Assembly (NCBI RefSeq): GCF_000430505.1
Contig: NZ_AUMD01000021.1
Coordinates: 1 to 64,000 of the forward strand
Direction: 5' to 3'
DNA length: 64,000 nt
Origin: Eisenibacter elegans DSM 3317
GTDB taxonomy: Bacteria > Bacteroidota > Bacteroidia > Cytophagales > Microscillaceae
Shown here: positions 32,154-42,081 of the stretch, one piece after another
Layout of the letters: every line of letters begins with the position of its first letter
How positions within the stretch are numbered: position 1 is the first letter of the stretch
Notes under the pieces: model-generated
Database searches by the model: none
Told to the model about the DNA's origin: nothing
The model's input: the letters and a program-made list of their open reading frames with translations, nothing else
Translations under genes and position numbers: made by a program

Positions 32154-33068
32154 TCAAGGTATCAGGTATTGGTATGTCCAGCGCTCGATGTGGCCGTTGT
32201 GGTAGGTGCGGGTAGTTTCGGAAGGGTATCCGTAGGCGTTGTAGAGGTGGGTTTGTCGAAAGGAGAAGGGGGTATATACCGATCCCTGATTCACGACTTG
32301 GTATTGCGCCTCTAAGACTACATTGTCCGACAGGTCCCAGACTTCTATGGGGTAGATACCCGAGCGGCGGCGTTCGTTGGGAGCTTGAGTATCATAGCGC
32401 AGATTCCCTACCAAGACCGGCCCTAGCTCACGGCTACCCAGCGGGTGGGCATAGGTACGGTGTAGGGTGATATTGTTGTAGGCATCATATTCAAACTCTT
32501 GGTAATTATCGATTTCTAGCCCTGCACCGGGCTTCATACTGTTGTGCCCGCCGTGTCCTTGGGGTGGGGTGGTAGGGGGGCTATCCAGCTCTTCGTGGGC
32601 GTGGTAATATTCTCGCCTTACAAGCCGGCTTTGGGTGTCATAATAGAACAGCTCTTCGTGGTGGCGCTCAAACCGAGTCCAGTCAGAAGGCACTACCTTG
32701 TAGTGTATGGTTTTCAAGAGCGCACCACGGTTGTTGTATTCATAGGTTTCATACTCACGTTCTACACCTTGGGCATCAAAAAGCGATTTTCGGCTTGGGC
32801 GGCCTTGTTCGTTGTATTGCCAGCGCTCTGTGAGCGAGTCTAAGTTGGCGCTATAGGTGATGCGGGTGCTGAGCTTACGCTGTTGGTATTCGAAACGTTG
32901 GTAAGGTTGGCCATCGCGCAAGACAACCGTAACCATTAGCCGGGGATCTTGGCGGCGGTTGTCGGGTTCAAACATAAGCTCGTGTTGCATTTGGCAAGCC
33001 GAAAGCCCAACGATGATACTCAACAGCAAGTATAACATTGGAGTGTATGGAGTCAGGAAGTGTTTCAT
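32154..33068 (-). CDS. Hypothetical lipoprotein with YD-repeat-like segments.
   Basis: Lipobox 'LSAC' after the signal peptide. Repeated 'Y.Y..G.L' style motifs. Confidence 0.6.
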   Translation of the reverse strand: MKHFLTPYTPMLYLLLSIIVGLSACQMQHELMFEPDNRRQDPRLMVTVVLRDGQPYQRFEYQQRKLSTRITYSANLDSLTERWQYNEQGRPSRKSLFDAQGVEREYETYEYNNRGALLKTIHYKVVPSDWTRFERHHEELFYYDTQSRLVRREYYHAHEELDSPPTTPPQGHGGHNSMKPGAGLEIDNYQEFEYDAYNNITLHRTYAHPLGSRELGPVLVGNLRYDTQAPNERRRSGIYPIEVWDLSDNVVLEAQYQVVNQGSVYTPFSFRQTHLYNAYGYPSETTRTYHNGHIERWTYQYLIP

Positions 33069-33109
33069 AGCAGTATCATACCAAAAAGGTTCAAGAGTTG
33101 AGATAAGGT

Positions 33110-35290
33110 TTATGGATGAGGAGTGCAGCCCAGCTTGAAGCCAATGAGCAACACATCGTCAATCTGCGCGTGCTCGCCCTTCCATTTCATAAAATAATCA
33201 AAAAGTGAGGCAGATTGTTCCTCCAAAGGCAGATGATGTACCTCACTGAGCAATTCTTTGAACTGCGTAACGCTAATTTTACGCCCAGTTTGGCCATTAA
33301 ACTGGTCTTTGTATCCATCCGAAAAAAGGTAACATTGCGTTGGCTGATTGAGCAGGAGGGTATACTCTTCGAAAGGCTGCCGCTGTTCGTGCATCAGCCC
33401 GCCTGCGGGTTGCGGAGTACCCTTGAATAGCTGCATCTTCCCGTTTTGAAAATAGACCATAGGCAGGTTGGCGCCGGCAAAAGTCAAGGTTTGGTTTTGC
33501 TCATCAATCACACAAAGCCCTATTTCCATCCCCTCGATATTGTCCAGCTCTTTTTTCTTGAGTACGTGGTTGATGCGGTTGTTTAGCTCGGTCAATATTT
33601 TTGTCGGCTGGGTGTGGTGTTCGAAGCGTACAATCTGGTCGAGTAGGTCATTGCCTACCAATGACATAAACGCACCGGGGACGCCGTGGCCTGTACAATC
33701 GACGCAGGCCAGTACGGTTTTGGGCGCTTGATTGGGGAGCTGAAGGTGTGTAAACCAATAAAAATCGCCGGATACGATATTTTTGGGTAGGTTCAACACA
33801 AATAGCTCCGGGATATGCCGACGGATTTCGTGCATACTCGGCAAGATAGCGTGTTGTATGCGTTTGGCGTTGTTGAGCGAGCTGAGGTAATCGTGTTGTT
33901 GTTGCCGCAGAAGCTTTTCTTGGGTGCTGATTTGCTCGTTTTTGTCGCGCAGGTGTAGGCGTTGTAGTTGTAATAGGTGGTTATATCGCCGGATGCGCTT
34001 GTTGGCTTTTCTCCAGAAATAGCCCGCCACCGACACCAACAACACCAGCAAAACCAAGCTAAGAATGATATAATATTGCCGTATAATTTCGTCTTTTTGG
34101 CGTGCCAATTGTAGGGTTTGGATGGTATGTTGGGCGTTAAGCTCTTGTATTTGTCGGTCTTTCTCGGCACTTTGGTAGCGAATGCGCGCATCATTGATGC
34201 GTTGGGTAGTTATTTCGTCTCGGAGTGAATCACGATAAACGCTATAATTTTTGTGATAGGCCAAGGCCAGCGCGTAATCTTGTCGGGCTTCAGCACAGGT
34301 TACCAAGTCGGCATACAGGTCGCGGGTATATTTTTTAAATCCTGTTCGGAGGGCTATATTGAGCGCAATGAGCAAATAATCGGCGGCCTGCTCCCATTGT
34401 TTTTGTTGCATAGACATCTGCCCCAAGCCCTGATAGTCTCTCAAGATGCCCTCTTCGTGGTTTAGGTCTTGGTTGATGGCCAATGCCCTATGGAGATAGG
34501 TAGCTGCTATAGCCGGTTTGTTTTGGAGGCTGTTTACCCTGCCCAAAAAATTTAGGCTAATGGCTACACCGGCTTGGTGTCCGTGAGCTTGATGTATTGA
34601 TAAGGCTTTTTTGAAACAGACAGTAGCCTGTGCCAAACTATCAATGATGAGAAACACTTCTCCTAAATAATTGTAGCTATCTGCCAGCCCGCGTGCGTCC
34701 TGAATACGTTCTCGTAGTGCCAGCGCCTGTTGGTGGTATTTGAGGGCTTGTAAGTACTCTTGATTTTGGAAATAAAACTTGCCAATATTTTTGAGTGTAT
34801 GCCCAAGCCCTACATCATCACGAAGTCGCTTGCGAATTTCTAAAGACTCAAATAGTAAGTTTAGAACTATGCTGTTGTCGCCGGCTTCCATGTGGTATTC
34901 GCCCAAGAGATTGAGCACAAAGCCCTGTCCATAAAGCAACCCTTGTTTTTTAAAAATCTTAAGCGCCATTTCATACTCTTGCATCGCTTTCAGGGGGCTA
35001 CCAGCATAATTATGGGCTACACCGGCATACATATAAGCATAGGCCAGCCCTTCATAATATTGGATGGCGATGGCTTTTTCTTTGGCTTGCTCAGCATACA
35101 CAATCGCTTGTTTGCTGTGATTGGAGCGCCACTCCCAAGCTTTACGATTGAGCGCATTGATTTGAGCCGTATCTTGAATAAACATCACAGACCGCCCTGA
35201 GGTTTGAGCCGGCAAGCGCTCGGCTAAGCCTAGTCCCCCAACAAAACTTAGCCATAAGCCCAATAAGAAAAGCCGAAGCCTCATACGCAA
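33110..35290 (-). CDS. TPR-repeat sensor protein with a TM segment and a C-terminal PP2C/SpoIIE-type Ser/Thr phosphatase domain.
   Basis: Signal peptide, multiple TPRs, a coiled coil with a TM helix ('LVLLVLLVSVAGYFW'), and SpoIIE motifs 'SGDFYWF' and 'DCTGHGVPGAFMS'. Confidence 0.8.
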   Translation of the reverse strand: MRMRLRLFLLGLWLSFVGGLGLAERLPAQTSGRSVMFIQDTAQINALNRKAWEWRSNHSKQAIVYAEQAKEKAIAIQYYEGLAYAYMYAGVAHNYAGSPLKAMQEYEMALKIFKKQGLLYGQGFVLNLLGEYHMEAGDNSIVLNLLFESLEIRKRLRDDVGLGHTLKNIGKFYFQNQEYLQALKYHQQALALRERIQDARGLADSYNYLGEVFLIIDSLAQATVCFKKALSIHQAHGHQAGVAISLNFLGRVNSLQNKPAIAATYLHRALAINQDLNHEEGILRDYQGLGQMSMQQKQWEQAADYLLIALNIALRTGFKKYTRDLYADLVTCAEARQDYALALAYHKNYSVYRDSLRDEITTQRINDARIRYQSAEKDRQIQELNAQHTIQTLQLARQKDEIIRQYYIILSLVLLVLLVSVAGYFWRKANKRIRRYNHLLQLQRLHLRDKNEQISTQEKLLRQQQHDYLSSLNNAKRIQHAILPSMHEIRRHIPELFVLNLPKNIVSGDFYWFTHLQLPNQAPKTVLACVDCTGHGVPGAFMSLVGNDLLDQIVRFEHHTQPTKILTELNNRINHVLKKKELDNIEGMEIGLCVIDEQNQTLTFAGANLPMVYFQNGKMQLFKGTPQPAGGLMHEQRQPFEEYTLLLNQPTQCYLFSDGYKDQFNGQTGRKISVTQFKELLSEVHHLPLEEQSASLFDYFMKWKGEHAQIDDVLLIGFKLGCTPHP

Positions 35291-35445
35291 GTAAGTAATG
35301 TTTAGTTACAAATCTAACTATTTTTTTTCTCCATCAAAGCCTCAGCATACTCAAGTACAAATAATTTTTCACAAAGTCTCAAACCAATTCTAAAACCCTT
35401 ACCTTTGTTGTATCAATATTTCGTTTACCTAATCGCCGTTGTCTA

Positions 35446-35841
35446 ATGAACGCACAAGAACGCGAAGAACTCAAAGATGCCTCTATCGGTTTGGCAGAAG
35501 TAATTGTCAGCCTTGCCCACCACGTCGCTATGCTGGATGGCAAAATCGATGAGGATGACGAAGACCTTGCCGATGCCATCGTAGAAAACCTTTTCGACCC
35601 TGAAGAAGGGCTTTTTACAGAAGGATTCTTGTCTGAAGAAGAAGAAGAAGAAGTCTTGGATATTTTGGAAGAAACTTATCGCGAAAACCCATATGCTATG
35701 GAAGAGCTGTTGGATTTTTGTACAAAAGATGAAGAGCTAGCCGAAATCTTACTGGACATTGCTGAGCAAATGTTGGGCGAACCCGAAACGCATACCGCCG
35801 ACGAGCAAGCTTTCTTGCAGCGCCTGCGCGAAGCCAAATAG
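35446..35841 (+). CDS. Acidic TerB-like small protein, hypothetical.
   Basis: 'LAHHVAMLDGKIDEDDED' resembles the TerB/DjlA-N signature. Extremely acidic (EEEEEE run). Confidence 0.45.
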   Translation: MNAQEREELKDASIGLAEVIVSLAHHVAMLDGKIDEDDEDLADAIVENLFDPEEGLFTEGFLSEEEEEEVLDILEETYRENPYAMEELLDFCTKDEELAEILLDIAEQMLGEPETHTADEQAFLQRLREAK

Positions 35842-36025
35842 GTTTGCCTCCGCTATCGTTCAAAAGCCCTTAACTGAGTTCTCAGCTAAGGGCTTTGTTG
35901 TATTATATACCAAGGATTGTTAAAGTGAATTGCTCTGATGCTCAGGGAGTTTCAGCACATACCTCTCCAATCTCACTGAGTCATTATCTCCCTCCTGTGC
36001 GGTGAGACCTAAGGAGCAAAATATA

Positions 36026-36125
36026 CTAAGATTCACAAGATTTGGGGATTTACAGGATTTTATTTCCTTGATTATCAAGGATTTTCAGTGTGTAGATTTC
36101 CCCAAACCAATTGTGATTGAGTATA
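36026..36125 (-). repeat. Copy D of the MITE-like repeat. Long form, inverted.
   Basis: Its reverse complement, 'TATACTCAATCACAATTGGTTTGGGGAAATCTACACACTGAAAATCCTTGATAATCAAGGAAATAAAATCCTGTAAATCCCCAAATCTTGTGAATCTTAGT', matches copy C. Confidence 0.7.
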
Positions 36126-36186
36126 AGTGCTACAACGACAAAAAACACAATGCCTAGCAGGGTATATCAGCGGCCACCGACGACAA

Positions 36187-36612
36187 CTACTTGCTGGCCC
36201 AATGGTAGAGCTTCTCCCACACATCACAGGCCTCTTCGGCAGATTGGCCTTCAGCCATTTCTAAACCTTGGTATTGGACCACTTCAAAGAGCAGCTCTCG
36301 CCCTCGGTATACCGACAGTTTTTTGGGTTCATCGTTGGGCTCAGCAGGCATCGCCAACATCACATCGGGCTGATTGGTGCGTGCTTCATACACTATTGCA
36401 TTGTCTGCCGGTACTTTTTTCTCCATTCTTCGGTCTTGGTTATCAGGAGCTAATTCAAAATAAAATTTCCCCATCCCTGATACCCTCAACCGGTGGCTGA
36501 TGTAGTCCCAGACTTTTTCGAAGTCATCTACAGGATTGCAATGTTGACGATTTTGTGCCAGCAGTCCAAACGACAAAGGCACACTCAAAGCCCAGCATAA
36601 GACCATTTTCAT
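36187..36612 (-). CDS. Hypothetical secreted protein.
   Basis: Signal peptide 'MKMVLCWALSVPLSFGLLAQ'. Start trimmed to complement 36612-36610. Confidence 0.5.
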   Translation of the reverse strand: MKMVLCWALSVPLSFGLLAQNRQHCNPVDDFEKVWDYISHRLRVSGMGKFYFELAPDNQDRRMEKKVPADNAIVYEARTNQPDVMLAMPAEPNDEPKKLSVYRGRELLFEVVQYQGLEMAEGQSAEEACDVWEKLYHWASK

Positions 36613-36799
36613 TTCAGATTTGTTATTTTTGTATCCCAACCTTTTGGCGCATTACCGGGTTGTTTGTGGAAAATATGCCCTCAACACGATGGGCTTTGCT
36701 TCCAAACAGCCGGGTGTACAGCCATTATTCAAACATAGCCCCCAAGTGATTTTGTTCCCCTCTATCTTAGTGGGGGAGTAGCCAATAAATTTTTGCAAG

Positions 36800-37471
36800 A
36801 TGATAGCACAATACCTCGAACATACCCTCCTCAGTCCTACAGCAGCTTTTGCCGAGATGGACAAGCTCGTAGCCGAAGCCATCGAACACCACTTTGTGGG
36901 GGTTTGTGTCCCTCCTTTTTGGGTCAAAAAAGTTAAAAGAGACCTACGCCAACACGATATAGCCGTCGTAACCGTTGTTGGCTTCCCACTAGGGTATAAC
37001 CGATCCGAAGTCAAACGTTATGAGCTACAGAGTTGTATTCGTGATGGTGCAGACGAGCTGGACGTGGTGATGAATGTAGGCGCTGTCAAAGCCGGCGCAT
37101 ACCCTTGGGTCAAACAAGAGATGGCAGCCTTGGCTCAAGAGGCGCATCAACACGAACGCTTGCTCAAAGTAATCCTCGAAACGGCCTATCTCAGCCCCGA
37201 AGAGATAGTTCAATCGTGTAAGGTATGTGTAGAAGCAGGGGTAGACTTTATCAAAACCTCTACTGGTTATGCTCCCGAAGGCGCCACCCTCGAAGGAATC
37301 CGCCTTATCAAAGAAAGTATTCCGGCAGGAGTAGGCATCAAAGCCTCTGGTGGTATCCGAACATTGGCGCAAGCCCAAGCGTTTATAGCCGCAGGAGCCG
37401 AACGTATCGGTACTTCGGCAGGAGTAAGCATCGTTGCCGAAGCTCAGCAAGCAGGAGGAGGAGCTGTATAA
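36800..37471 (+). CDS. deoC: Deoxyribose-phosphate aldolase.
   Basis: 'VCVPPFWV', catalytic Lys context 'FIKTSTGY', and 'KASGGIRT'. Confidence 0.9.
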   Translation: MIAQYLEHTLLSPTAAFAEMDKLVAEAIEHHFVGVCVPPFWVKKVKRDLRQHDIAVVTVVGFPLGYNRSEVKRYELQSCIRDGADELDVVMNVGAVKAGAYPWVKQEMAALAQEAHQHERLLKVILETAYLSPEEIVQSCKVCVEAGVDFIKTSTGYAPEGATLEGIRLIKESIPAGVGIKASGGIRTLAQAQAFIAAGAERIGTSAGVSIVAEAQQAGGGAV

Positions 37472-37602
37472 ACTGGCCTTATCTCGGTTGAGCCCCTTTA
37501 GTCTAATCCTAAATAGTTGCTATATTGCTATGATAAGCTGAAGAATACCGATATTTGTTCCTGATATATAATGTATTTACCAAACTCTCAACTCAATTGC
37601 TT

Positions 37603-38076
37603 ATGCGATATCTTTGGTCTCTTTTAGTGCTATGTGGCCTATGTTATGGCCAGCTACAAGCCCAAACAACAGGATTTTATGGTGAGAAAATCAGCGATGC
37701 AGGGGCAAAAAACCTGTCAGACCTGCCTAAGATGATTGGTCAAGAAACAGAGCTGGGCAATATCACCCTCAGAGGTACTATTGTCGAGGTTTGTAAGAAA
37801 AAAGGCTGCTGGATGACGCTCGATATGGGCAACAACCAAACTATGTTGGTCAAATTTAAGGACTATGGTTTTTTTGTTCCCAAAACAGATGATGGCAAAG
37901 AAGTCGTTATCCAAGGAGTAGCCAAGCGCGAGCTTGTCCCTGTTGAGCGCTTACAACACTATGCCGAAGATGCGGGCAAAAGCCTCGAAGAAATAGCTGC
38001 TATCACTGAGCCAGAAGAAAAATTCACTTTTGAGGCCGTAGGGGTTATCATTTACAATTCCAACGGAATGGAATAA
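37603..38076 (+). CDS. Secreted DUF4920-like protein.
   Basis: Signal peptide 'MRYLWSLLVLCGLCYGQLQAQ'. 'CKKKGCWMTL' motif. Confidence 0.6.
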   Translation: MRYLWSLLVLCGLCYGQLQAQTTGFYGEKISDAGAKNLSDLPKMIGQETELGNITLRGTIVEVCKKKGCWMTLDMGNNQTMLVKFKDYGFFVPKTDDGKEVVIQGVAKRELVPVERLQHYAEDAGKSLEEIAAITEPEEKFTFEAVGVIIYNSNGME

Positions 38077-38271
38077 CCGCCCGAAGGGCTGTGCCAACCT
38101 ATGCCCACTGCCAAAGCAGTGGGTTTTGTTTTGGTATAAAATTCGGATTAATTTTGATTTTTTATATTTTTTCACTAAATTAACCCCAATTAGCCAAATA
38201 AATATACGGCAATAGGCTTGAGGAGAATAACAGGCGCGTTGCCGTTCACCCCCTAAACCTATTCTTGCCTT

Positions 38272-38652
38272 ATGCGATGGATACTCATTATTGTAGCTTG
38301 CCTCCTGAGCGGATTGGCACTACACGCCCAACAAAACGCCCCACCTACAGCTCAAGAAACAGACTTGAACTTACGCTACGAGGACCCTGTGCCTTCTAAT
38401 TTTTGGGCTTCGCCCAATGCCCTGACTTGGATTAAGGTCGTAGATGCTGAAGGTAAGATTCAGCGCATCTATCAAACACTCACCAACCAACTTCCTGTTA
38501 CCAACTTACAATATATGCTTCCGGAAGGTTGTATTTTCTGGACAGCCTACGAGCAGACACTGTACTTCATCTGCCAGTCGGAGCTGAGCAGTGTCGAGAG
38601 CGAGTTGTCGTCTATTAGTAGGTCAATAGCAGCCTTATTGTTCAAAGACTAA
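38272..38652 (+). CDS. Hypothetical secreted protein.
   Basis: Signal peptide 'MRWILIIVACLLSGLALHAQ'. No family recognised. Confidence 0.45.
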   Translation: MRWILIIVACLLSGLALHAQQNAPPTAQETDLNLRYEDPVPSNFWASPNALTWIKVVDAEGKIQRIYQTLTNQLPVTNLQYMLPEGCIFWTAYEQTLYFICQSELSSVESELSSISRSIAALLFKD

Positions 38653-38721
38653 TTGCCCATTGGCCAAACAAAAACCCCTTGAAGTTTGCTCCAAGGGGTT
38701 TTGAAGGGCTATGTGGGGAGG

Positions 38722-39633
38722 TTATTTTACGGTAAAATAGCCTTCTCCAAGGTAGGCACCGTCAGCATATAGCTCTACTTTATGCTGTCCTTTTTTGTAT
38801 TCGGAGCCTTTGTCATAGAGCAGTACCTCTGTGCGCCCCGAGTTGTCGAATAAGATTTGTTGGCGCGAAGTATAGTTGAGGTTCTGGCCGTCGTTGGTTT
38901 TGAAAGTTCCTACACTGAGGATTGTTCCATTAGGCTCTACCACACGCATATAGACATCGCGCATACCGAGTGCGGCAAGGGCGTTTTTGTCAAACTGGTA
39001 GTAGACCTTGATTTTATCGACTTGGTTGGCACGGTAAGAGCCAGAGTTGAGCTCGCGCCCGCCAGAGCTAACAGCGCTGACCGAGATGGTCGATACGCGC
39101 AGCGCACCTTCTTTGCTGATTTTGGTTTGGAGGCGGTCTACGCTTTGGCGGGTATCGCGCAGGTCTGCGCTCATCTGGTTGGCCTTGGTCTGTAGGTCTT
39201 GGTTTTGGGCATATAGCTCCTTGTTAGCCTCACGCAGTTTTTCCATTTCTTGGTCTTTGCGTACCAACAGCTCCTCATAGGCAGCTAGTTTGCGCTGATA
39301 GTAGCCAATTTCTTTTTCTACGCGCTCTTCTAGGTCTTTTTTATCCTGTTCGAGTTTGAGCTTTACCTCTTCTAGCTCGGCATAGTCAAGGCCAAGCTCA
39401 CGCGCTTCTTCGATTTGGCGCTCTAACTCGAAGGAGAGCGAGTCGAGCTTGAGCGACGCTGATTTGGATTCAGCTTCGGCAAATTCTTTTTGTTTTTGGA
39501 GCTTGCCTTGTAGGTCTTTGATGACCGATTGGTTGCGGATATTAAAGAAAAGTAATACAAAATTGAGCATTACCAGCGCGACAATAATGCCCAAGAGTAA
39601 ACGGCGATTATTTTTTGGTGCTTCGTTAGCCAT
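38722..39633 (-). CDS. Membrane-anchored coiled-coil protein with a C-terminal beta-rich domain, hypothetical.
   Basis: N-terminal TM helix, ~150 aa of heptad coiled coil (E/K/L/Q-rich), then a Gly/Tyr-rich C-terminal domain. Confidence 0.55.
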   Translation of the reverse strand: MANEAPKNNRRLLLGIIVALVMLNFVLLFFNIRNQSVIKDLQGKLQKQKEFAEAESKSASLKLDSLSFELERQIEEARELGLDYAELEEVKLKLEQDKKDLEERVEKEIGYYQRKLAAYEELLVRKDQEMEKLREANKELYAQNQDLQTKANQMSADLRDTRQSVDRLQTKISKEGALRVSTISVSAVSSGGRELNSGSYRANQVDKIKVYYQFDKNALAALGMRDVYMRVVEPNGTILSVGTFKTNDGQNLNYTSRQQILFDNSGRTEVLLYDKGSEYKKGQHKVELYADGAYLGEGYFTVK

Positions 39634-39692
39634 ATTTTAAGGGTATAAAAGGGTTCTGAAGGGGGAATAAATAAGAGGAAAAACAGTAGACA

Positions 39693-40340
39693 TTAGGTAT
39701 TGATAACACGCGCAGGATGCCCAAAAACAGTATCACCGGCACTAATGTCTGAAAGTACCACAGAGCCGATAGCGACTTTGGCTCCTTTGCCAATTTTTAC
39801 GCCTGAGATAATGACTACCCCTGCGCCTATGAAGGCATCATCTTCAATTACTACGCCAGAACCCACTACGCTGCCCGCGCCTATGTGTACAAAGTCTCCG
39901 AGCTTGGCCTCATAGTCTATGGTAGCCCGGGTATGCAGCTGACAGTGATTGCCTAGTGTTACCCCAGCACCCAGTTGTACGCCGGCGCTGAGTAGGTTGC
40001 CGTAGCCCAGCGTGGCCGAAGGGGAGACGATTGAATGGCCGTGTACGGCATTGGTGGGCATAGTTTGGTATTGCTCGATGAGTTTTTTGGTCAGTTGTTT
40101 GCGTTGTTTGGGGTCGTCGATGGCCACAAATGCGCCGCAGCTTTCACCACTGAGCAGACCGAGGTAGCGCTCATCGTCTGTATTGCCCAAAACAGTGATA
40201 TAGTTGATTTCTGTTTGGTGCAACGACGCTTTATCATCCAAAAAGCCATATACTTCCACCCCGTGGCTTTGAAAAATTTCGGCAGTGGTAGCGCCTAATC
40301 CTCCGGCACCAAAAATCAAGACAGGTTTTTTATCAATCAT
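39693..40340 (-). CDS. Sugar O-acetyltransferase of the NeuD/PglD family (hexapeptide repeat).
   Basis: Rossmann-like N-terminus 'KPVLIFGAGGLGATTAE', followed by left-handed beta-helix repeats. Confidence 0.8.
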   Translation of the reverse strand: MIDKKPVLIFGAGGLGATTAEIFQSHGVEVYGFLDDKASLHQTEINYITVLGNTDDERYLGLLSGESCGAFVAIDDPKQRKQLTKKLIEQYQTMPTNAVHGHSIVSPSATLGYGNLLSAGVQLGAGVTLGNHCQLHTRATIDYEAKLGDFVHIGAGSVVGSGVVIEDDAFIGAGVVIISGVKIGKGAKVAIGSVVLSDISAGDTVFGHPARVINT

Positions 40341-40395
40341 AGGGATTAAGTAGCTTTAAAAAGAGTGTACAAAGGCCAAAAAACGCACGAGTTAC

Positions 40396-42081
40396 TCACT
40401 GTCGTTGCCAAAGCTGCCAAGGCTCCGCCTGAGATAACAGGAAGTAACTTGCGGGTGTAAAATTAAAAGTTTTTGTTCGTTCTTGGTTCAAAATTAACAA
40501 ATCATACGGTTTTTTTTCGGGCATACGGTCAATTATGGCGCTAGGTTGGGTTGCTTGTAAGATTTGATGGTATTTTAAAAACACAAACATCTCGTCTTCA
40601 GGGCAATAGATTTGTTTTGCCGGAGTTTGGGCAGCTTTTTGGCAGAGTCGGTGCCAGTGTGACAAACTACGGGTTTCGTGTTGAAGCTGTATTGCACCCC
40701 AAGCCAACAATAGCAAAGGAGCTATCAGTAGGATAACGGATACTTTTGAGCGCCAATGTGCGGACGTATCTACTATGGTCAGCAATACAGGGATACACAT
40801 CCAGCCCCAAACACGCTCCGGCGGGAGCACCTGTTGTACAGCCAGAAAACAAGTACTCAAAATCAGAAATCCTAATGCTAGGCGGTATTGGGCTGGGCGG
40901 CGCAGCCATTGGAACAAACAAAACAGGCATAGTAACCAACCTAGACCGTCGGCACTTAGATAATCCCATAGGCGTAAGTAATATGCAGGAAAAGCCACCA
41001 GCCATTGTTCGAGGCTATAGGGGCTGCTTACCCAGTGGTTTTGCCATAATACAGCGCCATTGAAAGCCACCACCGGAGCATAGACCAAGGCTGTGCCCAC
41101 ACCAACCCGAAGTCCCATCACCATCCATACTGAGAGCTGCTTACGTCGGTAGGCATCTGTTAAAGCCAATAGCCACAGTGCTAAACAAGGATATAACATC
41201 ACCGGGATGACCCATAGGGCCAATAGATTGTAGAGTATCCAGCGGCGGCGGCGCTGGGGTTTGTGCCAATGGGCTTGTTGTAGATATGCCATCCAAAAAA
41301 ATAACCAGGCCAACATATAGCCCCGCCCCAAAATCGCATACAACAACGGCGCTTGCAGGGCTTGCCAAAGCAACATAGCCAATAAAGCAGGCATCAGCTG
41401 CTGTCCAAAACGCCTGTAGGCATACCAAGCCAGCCCTAAGCTCAGCAGCTGGTTGGCTACCCAAGTAGGCAGACGCAATGACCATAGAAGGGGCAGGTAC
41501 TGGCCACTGACTTGGTACAGTATGGCTGACAAGGTGCTATAAAGTAGATGGTTGTTGGGGCCGGGGTAATATACCGCGCTAACCAATACCCCGGGATGTA
41601 CAAAATAGACGGCTGTAAAGGCTTCGTCGAGGAGGACAGGAAACTGTGCAATAGCTGCCAAGCGCCCTAGTCCCACCAGACCCCAAACCAACAAAAGACT
41701 GTTTTGATGAGATTGGGGGCTGTTGTACCAATGTGTGTGCAAAAGTCGTAATTCGGCTACCACTAAACGCCTATGGCCTGCCCACAGATGATAGAGATAT
41801 GCGGCCAAACCCCTATAGTAGCTGATGAGGCCGAGGCCGACAAATCCCATAAACACGACAAATGCCAAGAAAGCTTGGGCTGACAGGTAGTCGCTTCGAA
41901 GGCGATCCAACACTTCGGGGCGCTTAAAGAAGCTAGCGATGGTCGCCGTAAACCCTTCATATCCAATATACCCTGTATATACCGATAGCCCCAAGCTGCT
42001 ACAGCCGACCAAGAGCACCCCTAGCCGTAGGGTGGAGCGAATCAAGCTCTGCGGCTGCTTAAGCGCCATTGGGTAGCCCAA
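40396..42081 (-). CDS. Polytopic integral membrane protein, hypothetical (possibly glycosyltransferase-like).
   Basis: At least 12 predicted TM segments rich in W/Y/L. Overlaps the upstream permease gene by 40 nt. Confidence 0.6.
   Translation of the reverse strand: MGYPMALKQPQSLIRSTLRLGVLLVGCSSLGLSVYTGYIGYEGFTATIASFFKRPEVLDRLRSDYLSAQAFLAFVVFMGFVGLGLISYYRGLAAYLYHLWAGHRRLVVAELRLLHTHWYNSPQSHQNSLLLVWGLVGLGRLAAIAQFPVLLDEAFTAVYFVHPGVLVSAVYYPGPNNHLLYSTLSAILYQVSGQYLPLLWSLRLPTWVANQLLSLGLAWYAYRRFGQQLMPALLAMLLWQALQAPLLYAILGRGYMLAWLFFWMAYLQQAHWHKPQRRRRWILYNLLALWVIPVMLYPCLALWLLALTDAYRRKQLSVWMVMGLRVGVGTALVYAPVVAFNGAVLWQNHWVSSPYSLEQWLVAFPAYYLRLWDYLSADGLGWLLCLFCLFQWLRRPAQYRLALGFLILSTCFLAVQQVLPPERVWGWMCIPVLLTIVDTSAHWRSKVSVILLIAPLLLLAWGAIQLQHETRSLSHWHRLCQKAAQTPAKQIYCPEDEMFVFLKYHQILQATQPSAIIDRMPEKKPYDLLILNQERTKTFNFTPASYFLLSQAEPWQLWQRQ

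Noticed and set aside
40396-42081. 561-aa protein as GldG (expected partner of GldF).
   Set aside because: GldG is largely periplasmic with only terminal TM anchors. This protein is hydrophobic throughout, with at least 12 TM helices.
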